A stretch of 59,384 bases of DNA from Minisyncoccia bacterium. GTDB lineage: Bacteria > Patescibacteriota > Minisyncoccia > Phycocordibacterales > UBA9973. The first letter of the stretch is position 1. Every line of letters starts with the position of its first letter. The stretch spans positions 134,375-193,758 of the forward strand of contig JBGSSJ010000014.1 of NCBI GenBank assembly GCA_041737125.1, read 5' to 3'. This document shows positions 34,954 through 44,459 of this stretch, in pieces. The notes under the pieces are model-generated. The model saw nothing but the letters and a program-made list of their open reading frames with translations, did not search any database and was not told the origin of the DNA. The position numbers and the translations under genes are program-made.

Positions 34954-34985
34954 AAGAAAACCCCTCCAGTGAGGGGTTTTCTTTT
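34952..34985 (+). terminator. intrinsic terminator
   Basis: AAAAGAAAACCCCTC-CAGT-GAGGGGTTTTCTTTT. Confidence 0.85.
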
Positions 34986-35039
34986 ACTTGACTATTTTTG
35001 TGGTTGGGGTAGATTATAAGGGAATCAAAAATTACCGCT

Positions 35040-35402
35040 ATGAAAAATTTTTTTGGAGAACAAGAAAGTACTTTAGAGAGAATTAAAAATCTTCAAATGG
35101 GCTATGTTATTATAAATGAGTCTGAAAAGACCATTCACTATCTTCCATTGTACCATGCTATTGCAGTGTGGACAAAAAAAGAAAATGCAATTCAATATAT
35201 TAAGGAAAATTCACCAGATAAAGAATTTGGTATGGTTATGAGTTACACGATGTCTTATTTATATTTAGCTTGCATTAAGGCAGGGTTCGATAACCTGGTC
35301 TTTGATTTAAAAAGAAATAGGGTTAATGATGGAGATGAAATTATAATTTATTCAATTACAGCGTTAGATAATTATTACTTAAAGATGGAGGTCTGTAATT
35401 AA
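35040..35402 (+). CDS. hypothetical protein (120 aa)
   Basis: ORF only. Confidence 0.4.
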   Translation: MKNFFGEQESTLERIKNLQMGYVIINESEKTIHYLPLYHAIAVWTKKENAIQYIKENSPDKEFGMVMSYTMSYLYLACIKAGFDNLVFDLKRNRVNDGDEIIIYSITALDNYYLKMEVCN

Positions 35403-35461
35403 AAATCTAAATTTATTCTTGCAAATGTCATATCAATAGATATGACATTTAATTTTGTTTG

Positions 35462-35551
35462 GGAGGAATTTCGAATCTTACAGATTCTGTACACCTTTCG
35501 TATCGTACTCGTTTCACTCCATGCGATATACTCAAGGTTTTCTCATCCTCC
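35462..35551. ncRNA. candidate structured RNA, copy B (strand unresolved)
   Basis: Paralog of 27252-27350 with a different apical segment (GTTTCACTCCAT). Confidence 0.5.
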
Positions 35552-35553
35552 AC

Positions 35554-35575
35554 AAAAGCTACATCGTAGCTTTTT
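35554..35575 (+). terminator. hairpin AAAAGCTA-CATCG-TAGCTTTT plus T (terminator-like on the + strand)
   Basis: 8-bp stem and T run; a structural counterpart with unrelated sequence lies at 27354-27375. Confidence 0.5.
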
Positions 35576-35586
35576 CCGCCGCATAT

Positions 35587-35611
35587 AAAAAACGGCCGAA
35601 GCCGTTTTTTT
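35587..35611. terminator. bidirectional terminator AAAAAACGGC-CGAA-GCCGTTTTTTT 3' of tRNA-Tyr
   Basis: Stem-loop flanked by A and T runs. Confidence 0.7.
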
Positions 35612-35615
35612 CTTG

Positions 35616-35698
35616 TGCGCCGGGGAGGATTCGAACCTCCGTAGGCCGAAGCCGACAGATTTACAGTCTGTTGTAATTGACCACTCTACCACCGACGC
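35616..35698 (-). tRNA. tRNA-Tyr (GUA), class II
   Basis: Loop CTGTAAA, long variable arm, GGAGG-TTCGAAT-CCTCC. Confidence 0.9.
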
Positions 35699-35751
35699 AT
35701 ACAAAGGGGAGTATACATGGTTTTGTTTAATTTTTCAACATAACAAAAATA

Positions 35752-35760
35752 TGCTAAAAT
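35752..35760 (+). promoter_or_regulatory. extended -10 TGcTAAAAT, 7 nt before ATG 35768
   Basis: Sequence match and spacing. Confidence 0.45.
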
Positions 35761-35767
35761 ACAGAAC

Positions 35768-36787
35768 ATGTCACAGCTATATAGTAATTCAATTTTCTGG
35801 GTTGATGTAGATAAAGTAAAGCCGAACCCTTTTCAGCCTCGTCGTGAGTTCGACGAAGCTCGTCTTCGTGACTTGGCAGATTCTATCCGTCAGTATGGTG
35901 TGCTTCAGCCACTTACAGTGTCACGTATTGAAGTAATTAAGGAAGACGAAGGCATAGTAGTAGAATACGAACTCATTGCTGGTGAGCGTAGGCTTCGTGC
36001 TTCGAAGCTTGCAGGGCTTCAACAAGTACCGGTTATTATCCGTGTAGGTGATGATAATATGGTGAAGCTTGAGCTTGCCATTATCGAGAACCTCCAGCGT
36101 GAAGATCTCAATGCTGTCGAGCGTGCTCGAGCCTTCTTCCGCTTAGCTGAAGAATTTAAATTCACTCACGGACAAATTGGAACGAAAGTGGGGAAGAGTC
36201 GCGAGCATGTATCGAATACTCTGCGTTTACTTGCTCTACCTCAAGAGATGCTAGATGCACTTTCTGCAGGCAAGATAAATGAAGGCCACACTCGCCCTAT
36301 ACTCATGCTATCCGATAGACCCGAGGAGCAGTCAGTTCTGTTCAAGGAGATAATGTTTAAGAAGATGACAGTTCGCGATGCCGAGAGAGTGGCTCGCAGA
36401 ATTGCAGTTGATCGAATTCGCAAGAAGGAATATATTCCTGATCCAGAAATTGCAGACCTTGAAGATAAACTCCAAGAGACACTAGGTACCCGTGTCCACA
36501 TAGATAGAAAAGAGAATGGTGGCCAGATTACCATCGACTTCTTCTCTAATGACGATTTGCATACAATTTTGAATCTTATTAAGTCTAACAAAGAAGGCAA
36601 TCCGAATGCTATGCTCGAGAACTTCATCGCAAGTAAAGGTTTGGAAGAGGCGCCTCTAGTCACAATCACAGAGGAAGTGATAGCGGATGATAATGAAGAT
36701 CACTTATTAGATGATCGTACTCCCGATGAAGTGAAGAAAGCCGAAGAAGATGCAGATTTGTATAGCTTCAAAAACTTCTCTATATAA
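35768..36787 (+). CDS. parB: ParB/Spo0J partition protein (no adjacent parA)
   Basis: KPNPFQPRREF, LIAGERRLRASK, HTH region. Confidence 0.9.
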   Translation: MSQLYSNSIFWVDVDKVKPNPFQPRREFDEARLRDLADSIRQYGVLQPLTVSRIEVIKEDEGIVVEYELIAGERRLRASKLAGLQQVPVIIRVGDDNMVKLELAIIENLQREDLNAVERARAFFRLAEEFKFTHGQIGTKVGKSREHVSNTLRLLALPQEMLDALSAGKINEGHTRPILMLSDRPEEQSVLFKEIMFKKMTVRDAERVARRIAVDRIRKKEYIPDPEIADLEDKLQETLGTRVHIDRKENGGQITIDFFSNDDLHTILNLIKSNKEGNPNAMLENFIASKGLEEAPLVTITEEVIADDNEDHLLDDRTPDEVKKAEEDADLYSFKNFSI

Positions 36788-36797
36788 GTAAAACTAA

Positions 36798-36905
36798 AGA
36801 AAAGCAGAATATACTAAAAATTTATTCGCTTAGCCCCATTTCTCATTTCATTCGAAACGGCACGCCCCCACCTACTCATAAATTTTTAGTATATTCTGCT
36901 TTTTT
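36798..36905. repeat. long inverted repeat (25 bp perfect, about 27 bp with a wobble pair) enclosing about 54 nt; MITE-like or giant hairpin
   Basis: AAAAGCAGAATATACTAAAAATTTA at 36800-36824 versus its reverse complement at 36879-36903. Confidence 0.8.
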
Positions 36906-36906
36906 C

Positions 36907-37019
36907 ATAATAAAAAAATAGTTATTCCATCGGGTCCGGAAATTTCTTGCTAGAAATTTCCTCATTGCTTGTGTCGACACACTACGCGAGCCCCTCTGAT
37001 GTAAATATTTTTTTATTAT
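36907..37019. repeat. second long-range inverted repeat (14 bp A/T) enclosing nested hairpins
   Basis: 36907-36920 pairs with 37006-37019. Inner stems are GGAAATTTCT/AGAAATTTCC, GTGTC/GACAC and CATC..GGG/CCC..GATG. Confidence 0.6.
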
Positions 37020-37021
37020 TC

Positions 37022-38515
37022 TTAGCTTTTTCCAAAAGATAAGAATTTTGAAAGCAAACTATGTGACTTCAGATAGTTATTTATATGTTTGCGGGCGAGG
37101 CTTGTCTTCGTATAGTCTAGCCATTTGGAGGATGGATTAGTATTTTTATTTACTTGTATTTCTACAATGTCATTGGTCTTCAGTTTTGTATGAAGAGCCA
37201 CATTCTTGCCATTCACTCTTGCGCTCTGAGTATGATTACCAATATCTGTGTGTATTGCATAAGCGAAATCTATAATAGAGGAATCTTCTGGCAAGTCGAT
37301 AATGTCACCCTTCGGAGTGAAGACGAATACACGGTCTTTAAAGAAATCCATTTTAATTTCTTTTAGGAATTTCTCTGGATTATCACCACTATCATTCATG
37401 TCATTGAGGTCTTTCAATTCACGAACCCATTCAAGCTTATCTGAATCCATGTCTGCAATATCTTTCTCTTTATACATGAAGTGCGCTGCTATACCGTACT
37501 CGGCTTCTTTATGCATTTCATAAGTACGAATTTGTATTTCTACGATGCCACCAGTACCAGTGAATATGGTAGTGTGCAAGCTTCTATATCCGTTTAGTTT
37601 CGGTGTAGCGATATAGTCTTTGAATCTGTTTGGTAGTGGTGTCCATGTACCGTGGATAATACCTAGCACGTGGTAACAGTCTGCTACAGAGTTCACTACT
37701 ACACGAAGTGCAAGTATATCGTAAATTTTCGATATATCCATTTCATATTTATTTAATTTCTTCCAGAGAGAGTATTTATGTTTCTGTCTGTAATCTACGT
37801 GAGTATTATCTATCTTTTCTTTTTCTAATTTATTTATGAGTTCATTCTTCACCTCAATTAAGTATTTCTCCTCTACATCCTTTTTGGATACGAGTAACTT
37901 GCTTACTTCTTCATATTCTTTCGGGTATGCGAAGCGGAAAGCAGAGTCTTCTAGTCTACCCTTCAATTTACCCATAGAGAGTCTGTTTGCAAGCGGGGCA
38001 TAGACTTCGAGAGTTTCAAGTGCGATGCGCCTCTGCTTGTCAGGTCGGACGTGCTCGAGAGTCTCTATGTTGTGTAGTCTATCGGCAAGCTTGATCACTA
38101 GCACTCGCAAGTCCTCTGTCATCGATACGAAGAATCGGCGCAAGTTCTCGACATTCCTCTCGATGCCTTTATACTTTACAGTTCCCAATTTCGTCACTCC
38201 TTTGACAAGAGATACTATGACATCATCAAATTCTTTCCTTAGTTCATCTTCAGAAGTTTTCGTATCTTCTAATACATCGTGCAGGAACCCAGCTGCTATG
38301 ACAATAGGGCTCATTCCTAGGTCGGCTAAGTTCTTGGCAGTTTGGAATACGTGGAAGAAATAGGGCTCACCGCTTTTACGAAGCTGGCCCTCGTGTGCCT
38401 TCTCTGCGAAAGAATAAGCCTTCTCTATAAGGGTCTTACCTTTGCTGTCCATATTATGCGCGACTTCTAGTATTTCTTCTACCTTTGGCATATACCCAGT
38501 ATATATGATTGACAT
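37022..38515 (-). CDS. rel: bifunctional (p)ppGpp synthetase/hydrolase, RelA/SpoT homolog (short, 497 aa)
   Basis: HD domain HDVLEDT, synthetase YRSLHTT, TGS VFVFTPKGD. Confidence 0.9.
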   Translation of the reverse strand: MSIIYTGYMPKVEEILEVAHNMDSKGKTLIEKAYSFAEKAHEGQLRKSGEPYFFHVFQTAKNLADLGMSPIVIAAGFLHDVLEDTKTSEDELRKEFDDVIVSLVKGVTKLGTVKYKGIERNVENLRRFFVSMTEDLRVLVIKLADRLHNIETLEHVRPDKQRRIALETLEVYAPLANRLSMGKLKGRLEDSAFRFAYPKEYEEVSKLLVSKKDVEEKYLIEVKNELINKLEKEKIDNTHVDYRQKHKYSLWKKLNKYEMDISKIYDILALRVVVNSVADCYHVLGIIHGTWTPLPNRFKDYIATPKLNGYRSLHTTIFTGTGGIVEIQIRTYEMHKEAEYGIAAHFMYKEKDIADMDSDKLEWVRELKDLNDMNDSGDNPEKFLKEIKMDFFKDRVFVFTPKGDIIDLPEDSSIIDFAYAIHTDIGNHTQSARVNGKNVALHTKLKTNDIVEIQVNKNTNPSSKWLDYTKTSLARKHINNYLKSHSLLSKFLSFGKS

Positions 38516-38579
38516 CCTTTCGCAAAATGGTAGTATTTAAAAAATCTCAAAAATTTTGTAAATAATTAAAAAAGATCTT

Positions 38580-39032
38580 ATGAAAATCTCACCTTTTATT
38601 TTTATTGGCGATGCCAATGATTGTTTTGACAACGAACTTAATCTTCTAAAGGAAGAACCCTTTAAATTTCTGATGTTAGTTGTATCAAATGAATTAAAGA
38701 TGCTGCTAATGATAAAAGGTAAACCTTATAACCTTCATGCCCAAGGGTTGAAAAAGTATATGGAAGACGAAGAGCTAAAAGAAATAATTGTTCATGGGGG
38801 TGGTTGTATAAACTTTGACCCCAATATAAATTATTCAAATGTTTCTATTTTTTCTTATGCTTTTAAAGGAATAGACCGTGAAGAAGTTTCTCGTTTTTTA
38901 AAAAGCATATGGCCTTCAATGGAAGTAGACACCAGTGAAGCATATCCCATAGATAAAGAAAAAAACAAAGAAACTTATCATCGAGTTTATACCTTGGAGG
39001 AAGTAATTAAAGAAGCAAGTGTACAAGTGTAG
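38580..39032 (+). CDS. hypothetical protein (150 aa)
   Basis: ORF only. Confidence 0.4.
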   Translation: MKISPFIFIGDANDCFDNELNLLKEEPFKFLMLVVSNELKMLLMIKGKPYNLHAQGLKKYMEDEELKEIIVHGGGCINFDPNINYSNVSIFSYAFKGIDREEVSRFLKSIWPSMEVDTSEAYPIDKEKNKETYHRVYTLEEVIKEASVQV

Positions 39033-39062
39033 AATGTAGAATTTTTTTGGTAATAGATTATG

Positions 39063-39090
39063 GAGCTCTTATAAGGAGCTCCCTTTTTTA
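39063..39090. terminator. bidirectional terminator GGAGCTC-N7-GAGCTCC plus T6
   Basis: Lies between convergent genes. Confidence 0.75.
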
Positions 39091-41325
39091 TTTATTCAAT
39101 TTTACATTCTCTCCTGTTTTGTGAGGATTGTGCATTTTGCACATCTTATTGCTACAGCGTTCTGGAATTGTCTTCGTACCTTCCATCATGAGTGATTGGC
39201 ACAGTGGGCAGATGTTGCCTGTAGGTTTCGCTTTGATAGCATTCTTGCAAGTAGGGTAGTTACTGCAAGAATAGAATATACCGAATCGTCCACGACGCTC
39301 CATCATAAATCCTTTCTTGCATTCTGGGCACTCTACCTCTGTCATCTTTTTCTTCTTTTCTTCTTCGTCTTCCTTTATGAATTTACATTTAGGATAGCGT
39401 GAGCAGGATACGAATGCACCGAACTTACCTTGGCGAACGACAAGCTTACCTGGTTCATGTTTTAGTACACCCTTTTTATTTACTGGTGGCACTCCACACA
39501 AAGGACAAAGTTCACCAGTTTCCTTTGGACCTTCAAGTTCCAATCCTTCCATGGTGCGAGCGCCATTACAGTCAGGGTACTTTGCACAAGAGTAGAATTT
39601 ACCATTACGTGCGAGCTTTATAATCATTTCGCTATCGCACTTTGGGCACTTCATATCCGCAGGGGCTTCACCCATGTTTGTCGCTTTTGCAAGCTTGTCT
39701 TTCTCTTTTATATCTTTCTGGAAAGGAATGTAGAAATCTTTCAGAGTTTTCGTATATTCGCGATCGCCATTGGCTATGTCATCGAGCTTGTCTTCCATAT
39801 CTGCTGTGAATGTGTCACTGATATATTCGGCGAAGTTATTCTCAAGGAAGCTCGACACCACATCACCTGTATCAGTAGGGAATAGCGTTCGCCCTTCTTT
39901 AGTAACATATCCTCTCTCCTCGATTGTTCGCATGATGGACGCATATGTCGAAGGTCTGCCTATGCCACGAGCTTCGAGCTCTTTCACAAGGCCTGCTTCA
40001 CTGTATCTGTTTGGTGACTCGGTATACTTCTCTGTGTCTCTTAGTTCAAGTAATTTAATTTCTTCACCTACAACTACAAGTGGGAGCTCTACATCCTCTC
40101 CGGCAGCTTCAGTATCACAAGCAAGCCATCCGAGCGATAGCATACGTGAGCCATTCGCAGTAAAGTCTGGAACTCTATCTCCCTCAACATTCGCGATGAT
40201 TTTTGTCTTCATCATTTTCGCATCTATCATCTGTGAGGACACAGTGCGCTCCCAGATAAGTCGATAAAGTTTCTTCTGCTCGTCATTGCTACCTTCATTC
40301 ATAGATTCTGGATGTGTAGGGCGGATAGCTTCGTGAGCTTCTTGGGCATTCTTTGATTTAGTTTTATAGACGCGTGCTTCTACTTGGTCTTTGCCATATT
40401 TCTTCTCTATCACTTTTACCATAGAGTCTACTGCAGCCTTTGCTAAGTTCGTCGAATCAGTACGCATGTAAGTAATAAAACCTTGCTCATATAATTTCTG
40501 AGCTACTTGCATAGTGCGTGAAGGTGAGAAGCCAAGCCGTGTGCTTGCTGTCTGCTGTAGAGTAGATGTAGTGAATGGAGCCTTTGGACTTCGCTTCGCT
40601 TCAGATGCTTTTAAATCCTTTATATACCACTTCTCTTTATTGCCTAGGTTAAGTATATTGTCGACTGTTTTTCTGTCGCGCGGTTCTTCCGTACAAGTAA
40701 GAGTTATCTTACTTTTCTTTTTCGTTTCGAATAATCCTTCTAGAGTAAAATATTGCTCCGGCACGAAGGCACGAATCTCACGCTCACGCTCCATAATTAT
40801 ACGAAGAGCAGGGGACTGCACACGCCCAGCAGAAAGACCGTAGCGAACTTTCTTCCATATAATTCCAGAGAGATCATAGCCCACTAGTCTATCGAGTACT
40901 CGGCGAGCTTCTTGAGCGCGACGTAAATCTGTGTCTATATCACGTGGGTGCTTGAGTGCTTCCTCTACTGCTTCCTTTGTAATTTCATGGAAAGTCACAC
41001 GCTTAATTGGTGCTTTTATCTTTTTATCATTGTGGAGTATCTCTTCTATGTGCCAAGCGATAGCCTCACCTTCGCGGTCAGGGTCAGTCGCAAGCATTAT
41101 TTCTGTAGCTTTATGTGCTAGTGTCGTAAGTTCGTGGACAACTTTCTCTTTACCTTTTGATATTTCATAGTTTGGAATAAATCCTCCAGGTATGTCGATG
41201 GCTTTTGTGTTGGACTTCGGTAAGTCGCGTATGTGCCCGACAGATGCACGGACAGTAAATGCACCATCTAAATACTTCTCAATAGTCTTTGCTTTTGAAG
41301 GTGACTCAACAATTAATAATTTCAT
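39088..41325 (-). CDS. topA: DNA topoisomerase I
   Basis: TOPRIM LIVESPSKAKTIEKYL, active-site GFITYMRTDS, multiple C-terminal CxxC zinc ribbons. Confidence 0.95.
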   Translation of the reverse strand: MKLLIVESPSKAKTIEKYLDGAFTVRASVGHIRDLPKSNTKAIDIPGGFIPNYEISKGKEKVVHELTTLAHKATEIMLATDPDREGEAIAWHIEEILHNDKKIKAPIKRVTFHEITKEAVEEALKHPRDIDTDLRRAQEARRVLDRLVGYDLSGIIWKKVRYGLSAGRVQSPALRIIMEREREIRAFVPEQYFTLEGLFETKKKSKITLTCTEEPRDRKTVDNILNLGNKEKWYIKDLKASEAKRSPKAPFTTSTLQQTASTRLGFSPSRTMQVAQKLYEQGFITYMRTDSTNLAKAAVDSMVKVIEKKYGKDQVEARVYKTKSKNAQEAHEAIRPTHPESMNEGSNDEQKKLYRLIWERTVSSQMIDAKMMKTKIIANVEGDRVPDFTANGSRMLSLGWLACDTEAAGEDVELPLVVVGEEIKLLELRDTEKYTESPNRYSEAGLVKELEARGIGRPSTYASIMRTIEERGYVTKEGRTLFPTDTGDVVSSFLENNFAEYISDTFTADMEDKLDDIANGDREYTKTLKDFYIPFQKDIKEKDKLAKATNMGEAPADMKCPKCDSEMIIKLARNGKFYSCAKYPDCNGARTMEGLELEGPKETGELCPLCGVPPVNKKGVLKHEPGKLVVRQGKFGAFVSCSRYPKCKFIKEDEEEKKKKMTEVECPECKKGFMMERRGRFGIFYSCSNYPTCKNAIKAKPTGNICPLCQSLMMEGTKTIPERCSNKMCKMHNPHKTGENVKLNK

Positions 41326-41380
41326 ATTTGCATAGTATTACACGAAACAATATTTTTTTGCAAATATTGTAATAGATATT

Positions 41381-42244
41381 CTATATCTTCCTTATCTCAC
41401 CAAGCTCTTCTTTTATTAATTCTTTTATTTCCATTATAGAGAGGAGGGCGTTGGCAGTGGCTATGTCCATACCGGACATGCGGATCAGATCATCACGCTC
41501 AACGGGCTCACGGAGGATCTCTATTATCTTCATCTCATCTTTACCGCAATCTATATATTTATCTTTGTCACTCATCTTGTCTTTCTTCACTTCAAATCCT
41601 AGAGCTTCGAGTATTTCCTCGCTTGTTGTCACAGGTGTTGCTCCTTGGCGAATCAGTGTGTTAGTACCTCTTGAGTTCGAGGAGAAGGCAGATCCGGGGA
41701 CGGCGAGCACATCACGATTATAGTCGAGAGCCATACGAGCTGTGATGAGTGTACCCGACCTTTCTTCTGCTTCTATTATAAGTACGGCTTTCGATATGCC
41801 AGCCATGAGTCTATTCCTCTGCGGGAATGAATAGAGAGTCGCTTTCCATTTCGGATCAAGCTCAGATATGAGGCAGCCACCGGACTCCACTATCTCGCGG
41901 GCAAGGGCTATGTTACTCCTGGGGTGGAGCACAGAGTCATCGATACCTGATCCAGGGAATGACATAGTGATAAGCCCTGCATCAAGTGCAGCTCTATGAG
42001 CAATACTATCTATGCCAAGCGCAAGCCCTGATACAATAACAATAGGGTAGCCTTTGAGTCCGTGGATTAAATTCTTACAAATATCACGACCATAAGAAGT
42101 GTATTTACGTGAGCCGACAATAGCTAGGTATATGTAGCCGCTCGGAGGTAATTTTCCTTTTATATAGAGAGTGCGTGGAGGCTGAGGTATTTCGAGCAGA
42201 GGTTTCGGAAATTCTTCAGGTTTTAGTTTTATAATATCTGCCAT
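41381..42244 (-). CDS. dprA: DNA processing protein DprA
   Basis: VSGLALGIDSIAHRAAL Rossmann core. ATG 42244 (MADIIKL) is preferred over the tracked TTG at 42298. Confidence 0.88.
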   Translation of the reverse strand: MADIIKLKPEEFPKPLLEIPQPPRTLYIKGKLPPSGYIYLAIVGSRKYTSYGRDICKNLIHGLKGYPIVIVSGLALGIDSIAHRAALDAGLITMSFPGSGIDDSVLHPRSNIALAREIVESGGCLISELDPKWKATLYSFPQRNRLMAGISKAVLIIEAEERSGTLITARMALDYNRDVLAVPGSAFSSNSRGTNTLIRQGATPVTTSEEILEALGFEVKKDKMSDKDKYIDCGKDEMKIIEILREPVERDDLIRMSGMDIATANALLSIMEIKELIKEELGEIRKI

Positions 42245-42314
42245 AATATTAGTGTCTAAATTATAACATTTTTGATGTGTAAAAATAAATTTTGTCAAAA
42301 ATACAACTTAGGTA

Positions 42315-42320
42315 TATACT
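42315..42320 (+). promoter_or_regulatory. -10 TATACT, 6 nt before ATG 42327
   Basis: Sequence match and spacing. Confidence 0.4.
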
Positions 42321-42326
42321 AAAGGA

Positions 42327-43589
42327 ATGTTAGATATCAAATTCATCCGTGAGAATAAGGACATAGTGAAAGATGGTGCGAAGAAAAAGCACGTAGATAT
42401 TGATATTGATCACCTTATAACACTAGATGAGAAGCGTTTGGAATTACTTGCTCGAGTAGAATTCCTTCGAAGTGAACAGAATAAAGTCAGCCAGTCCATG
42501 GGTGGTAATGTGGCTGTTGAAATTCGCGCTCAAATGATCAAAGAAATGACTTTGGTTAAAGAAGAATTGAAAGAGAAAGAAGATCAACTACGCGCAGTCA
42601 TAAAAGATTGGCAAGCTCTTATGGTCAAAGTCCCAAACATTCCTGACATTTCTGTCCCAGAAGGTGAGACAGATGAACAAAATCAAGAGATAAGATCTTG
42701 GGGTGAAAAGCCAGTTTTTAGTTTTACACCACGCAATCACGTAGAGCTCCTAGAGAGGAATGACATGGCAGACTTTGAAAGAGGGATTAAAGTTTCCGGT
42801 TTTCGTGGTTACTTCATGAAGAATGAAGGTGCGCAATTATTCTTCGCACTTTGGAATTATTTCTATGAATATTTTATAAAGATAGGTTACACTCCGATGA
42901 TTGTACCTTCACTTGTCCGTAAGGAATCATTCTTTGGTACAGGATTTCTGCCTCAATCTGAAGAGGATCTATATAAAGTAGGCGAGAATGAGTATCTAGC
43001 GGGTACAGCAGAGGTTGCAACTATGGGTTATTACATGGATGAGATGTTGCCGAAGGAATCTTTACCGAAAAAGTTCATATCCTTCTCCCCATGTTTCCGT
43101 GCTGAAGCAGGCAAGCATGGTGCTGATACCAAGGGTATAATTCGTGTCCATGAATTCTTCAAAATAGAGCAAGTCCTCCTCTGCGAAGCATCACATGAAG
43201 AAAGTGTGAAATTCCACGAAGAGATAACTGCTCATGTCGAGCACCTTATGCAAGAGCTTGAAGTCCCATACAGAGTAGTGCTTAATTGTGGGGGAGACTT
43301 GGGTCTAGGTCAGGTGAAGAAGTACGACATAGAAGCATGGATGCCATCCCAAGACAAATATAGGGAGACTCATTCATCTTCATATTTCCATGATTTCCAG
43401 ACAAGGAGACTCAATATCAGATACAAAGATACAGATGGCAAGATAAAATACGTACACTCACTCAATAACACTGCCTGTGCTACTTCTAGGTTACCTGCGG
43501 CAATTATGGAGAACTATCAACAAGAAGACGGCAGTATAAAAATTCCAAAAGTATTACAGAAATATTTCGGTAAAGAAATTATTTCCTAA
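42327..43589 (+). CDS. serS: serine--tRNA ligase
   Basis: MLDIKFIREN coiled-coil arm; class II core FRAEAG...RVHEF...NNTACATSR. Confidence 0.95.
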   Translation: MLDIKFIRENKDIVKDGAKKKHVDIDIDHLITLDEKRLELLARVEFLRSEQNKVSQSMGGNVAVEIRAQMIKEMTLVKEELKEKEDQLRAVIKDWQALMVKVPNIPDISVPEGETDEQNQEIRSWGEKPVFSFTPRNHVELLERNDMADFERGIKVSGFRGYFMKNEGAQLFFALWNYFYEYFIKIGYTPMIVPSLVRKESFFGTGFLPQSEEDLYKVGENEYLAGTAEVATMGYYMDEMLPKESLPKKFISFSPCFRAEAGKHGADTKGIIRVHEFFKIEQVLLCEASHEESVKFHEEITAHVEHLMQELEVPYRVVLNCGGDLGLGQVKKYDIEAWMPSQDKYRETHSSSYFHDFQTRRLNIRYKDTDGKIKYVHSLNNTACATSRLPAAIMENYQQEDGSIKIPKVLQKYFGKEIIS

Positions 43590-43595
43590 CTTAAT

Positions 43596-44459
43596 ATGAA
43601 AGAAATTCTTACGTCACCACGTATGGAAGATATCAAGCGTATACGTCGCAAGCGACGTATACGTGCTACTATCTTATTTTTTATTTTTTTAATTATTTTA
43701 ATTGGAGGACTTTCTTACTTTTCTGGTCATAAAAATATAACCATAAACAACATAAATATTACTGGTACCCGTATTATAAATAGTAACCAAATAAAAGATA
43801 AGACAGAGGAAATACTCAAAGGTAGGTATTTGTATCTATTTGCCAAGAGTAATAGCCTCATATACCCGCACCAAGGTTTATATAATCAATTACGAGAAAC
43901 TTTCCCTCGTATTGAGAAGATTACTATAAATCGCACAGGTTGGAACACTCTTGAGATTGATATAAGTGAGCGTGCTGGGTCATATCTGTACTGTGGTAGT
44001 GTTATCCCAGAGAATAGGGATGATGTTGGTGAGAATTGCTACTTCATGAATAACGATGGATATGTTTTCGATAAAGCTCCGTACTTCTCTGGGAATGTGT
44101 ACTTCAAATATTATCTACCTACCAAAGATGAAAGTCCTTTAAGTAAGGAGATAGTACCTCCACTAGAATTCCATAAATTAGTTCGTTTCGTCGAAGGTGT
44201 ACAAGCTCTCGATTTCAAACCGACACATATACTATTAAATGATTCTGGTGGATATCTATACTTAGATCACAAAGAAGGATCCAGTAATCCCTATATAGCA
44301 TTTAAAAATGATAATAACTTAGAAGATATATTAAAGAATCTATCTTACTCCATGAAGAAGCCCGAATTTGCTTCAGAGATAAATTCAAAGTATGATATCC
44401 TTTCTTATATAGATTTAAGATTTAATAATAAAGTATTGTATAAGTTTAATAATGAATAA
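43596..44459 (+). CDS. FtsQ/DivIB-like cell division protein (TM plus POTRA)
   Basis: Basic N-terminus, TM segment, then INNINITGTRIINSNQIKD POTRA-like start. Confidence 0.5.
   Translation: MKEILTSPRMEDIKRIRRKRRIRATILFFIFLIILIGGLSYFSGHKNITINNINITGTRIINSNQIKDKTEEILKGRYLYLFAKSNSLIYPHQGLYNQLRETFPRIEKITINRTGWNTLEIDISERAGSYLYCGSVIPENRDDVGENCYFMNNDGYVFDKAPYFSGNVYFKYYLPTKDESPLSKEIVPPLEFHKLVRFVEGVQALDFKPTHILLNDSGGYLYLDHKEGSSNPYIAFKNDNNLEDILKNLSYSMKKPEFASEINSKYDILSYIDLRFNNKVLYKFNNE

Noticed and set aside
35511-35522. Match between the element B apex and tRNA-Tyr, analogous to element A and tRNA-Leu
   Set aside because: Only 5-6 contiguous nt (GAGTG / CACTC) are shared, in the opposite relative orientation. 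This is within chance expectation.
35455-35810. ORFs 35455-35676 and 35613-35810 (+)
   Set aside because: They are translations of element B, the terminators and the antisense strand of tRNA-Tyr. They use TTG starts and overlap the parB promoter.
35768-36787. parS site near parB
   Set aside because: No TGTTTCACGTGAAACA-like palindrome was found by eye in or around parB, so it cannot be claimed.
36925-36945. GGGTCCGGAAA resembling the SRP RNA apical GGUCCGGAAGGA motif
   Set aside because: The complementary 3' strand (AGCAGC / GGAAGC context) is absent, and the segment pairs instead in a 10-bp AT-rich hairpin. It is not SRP RNA.
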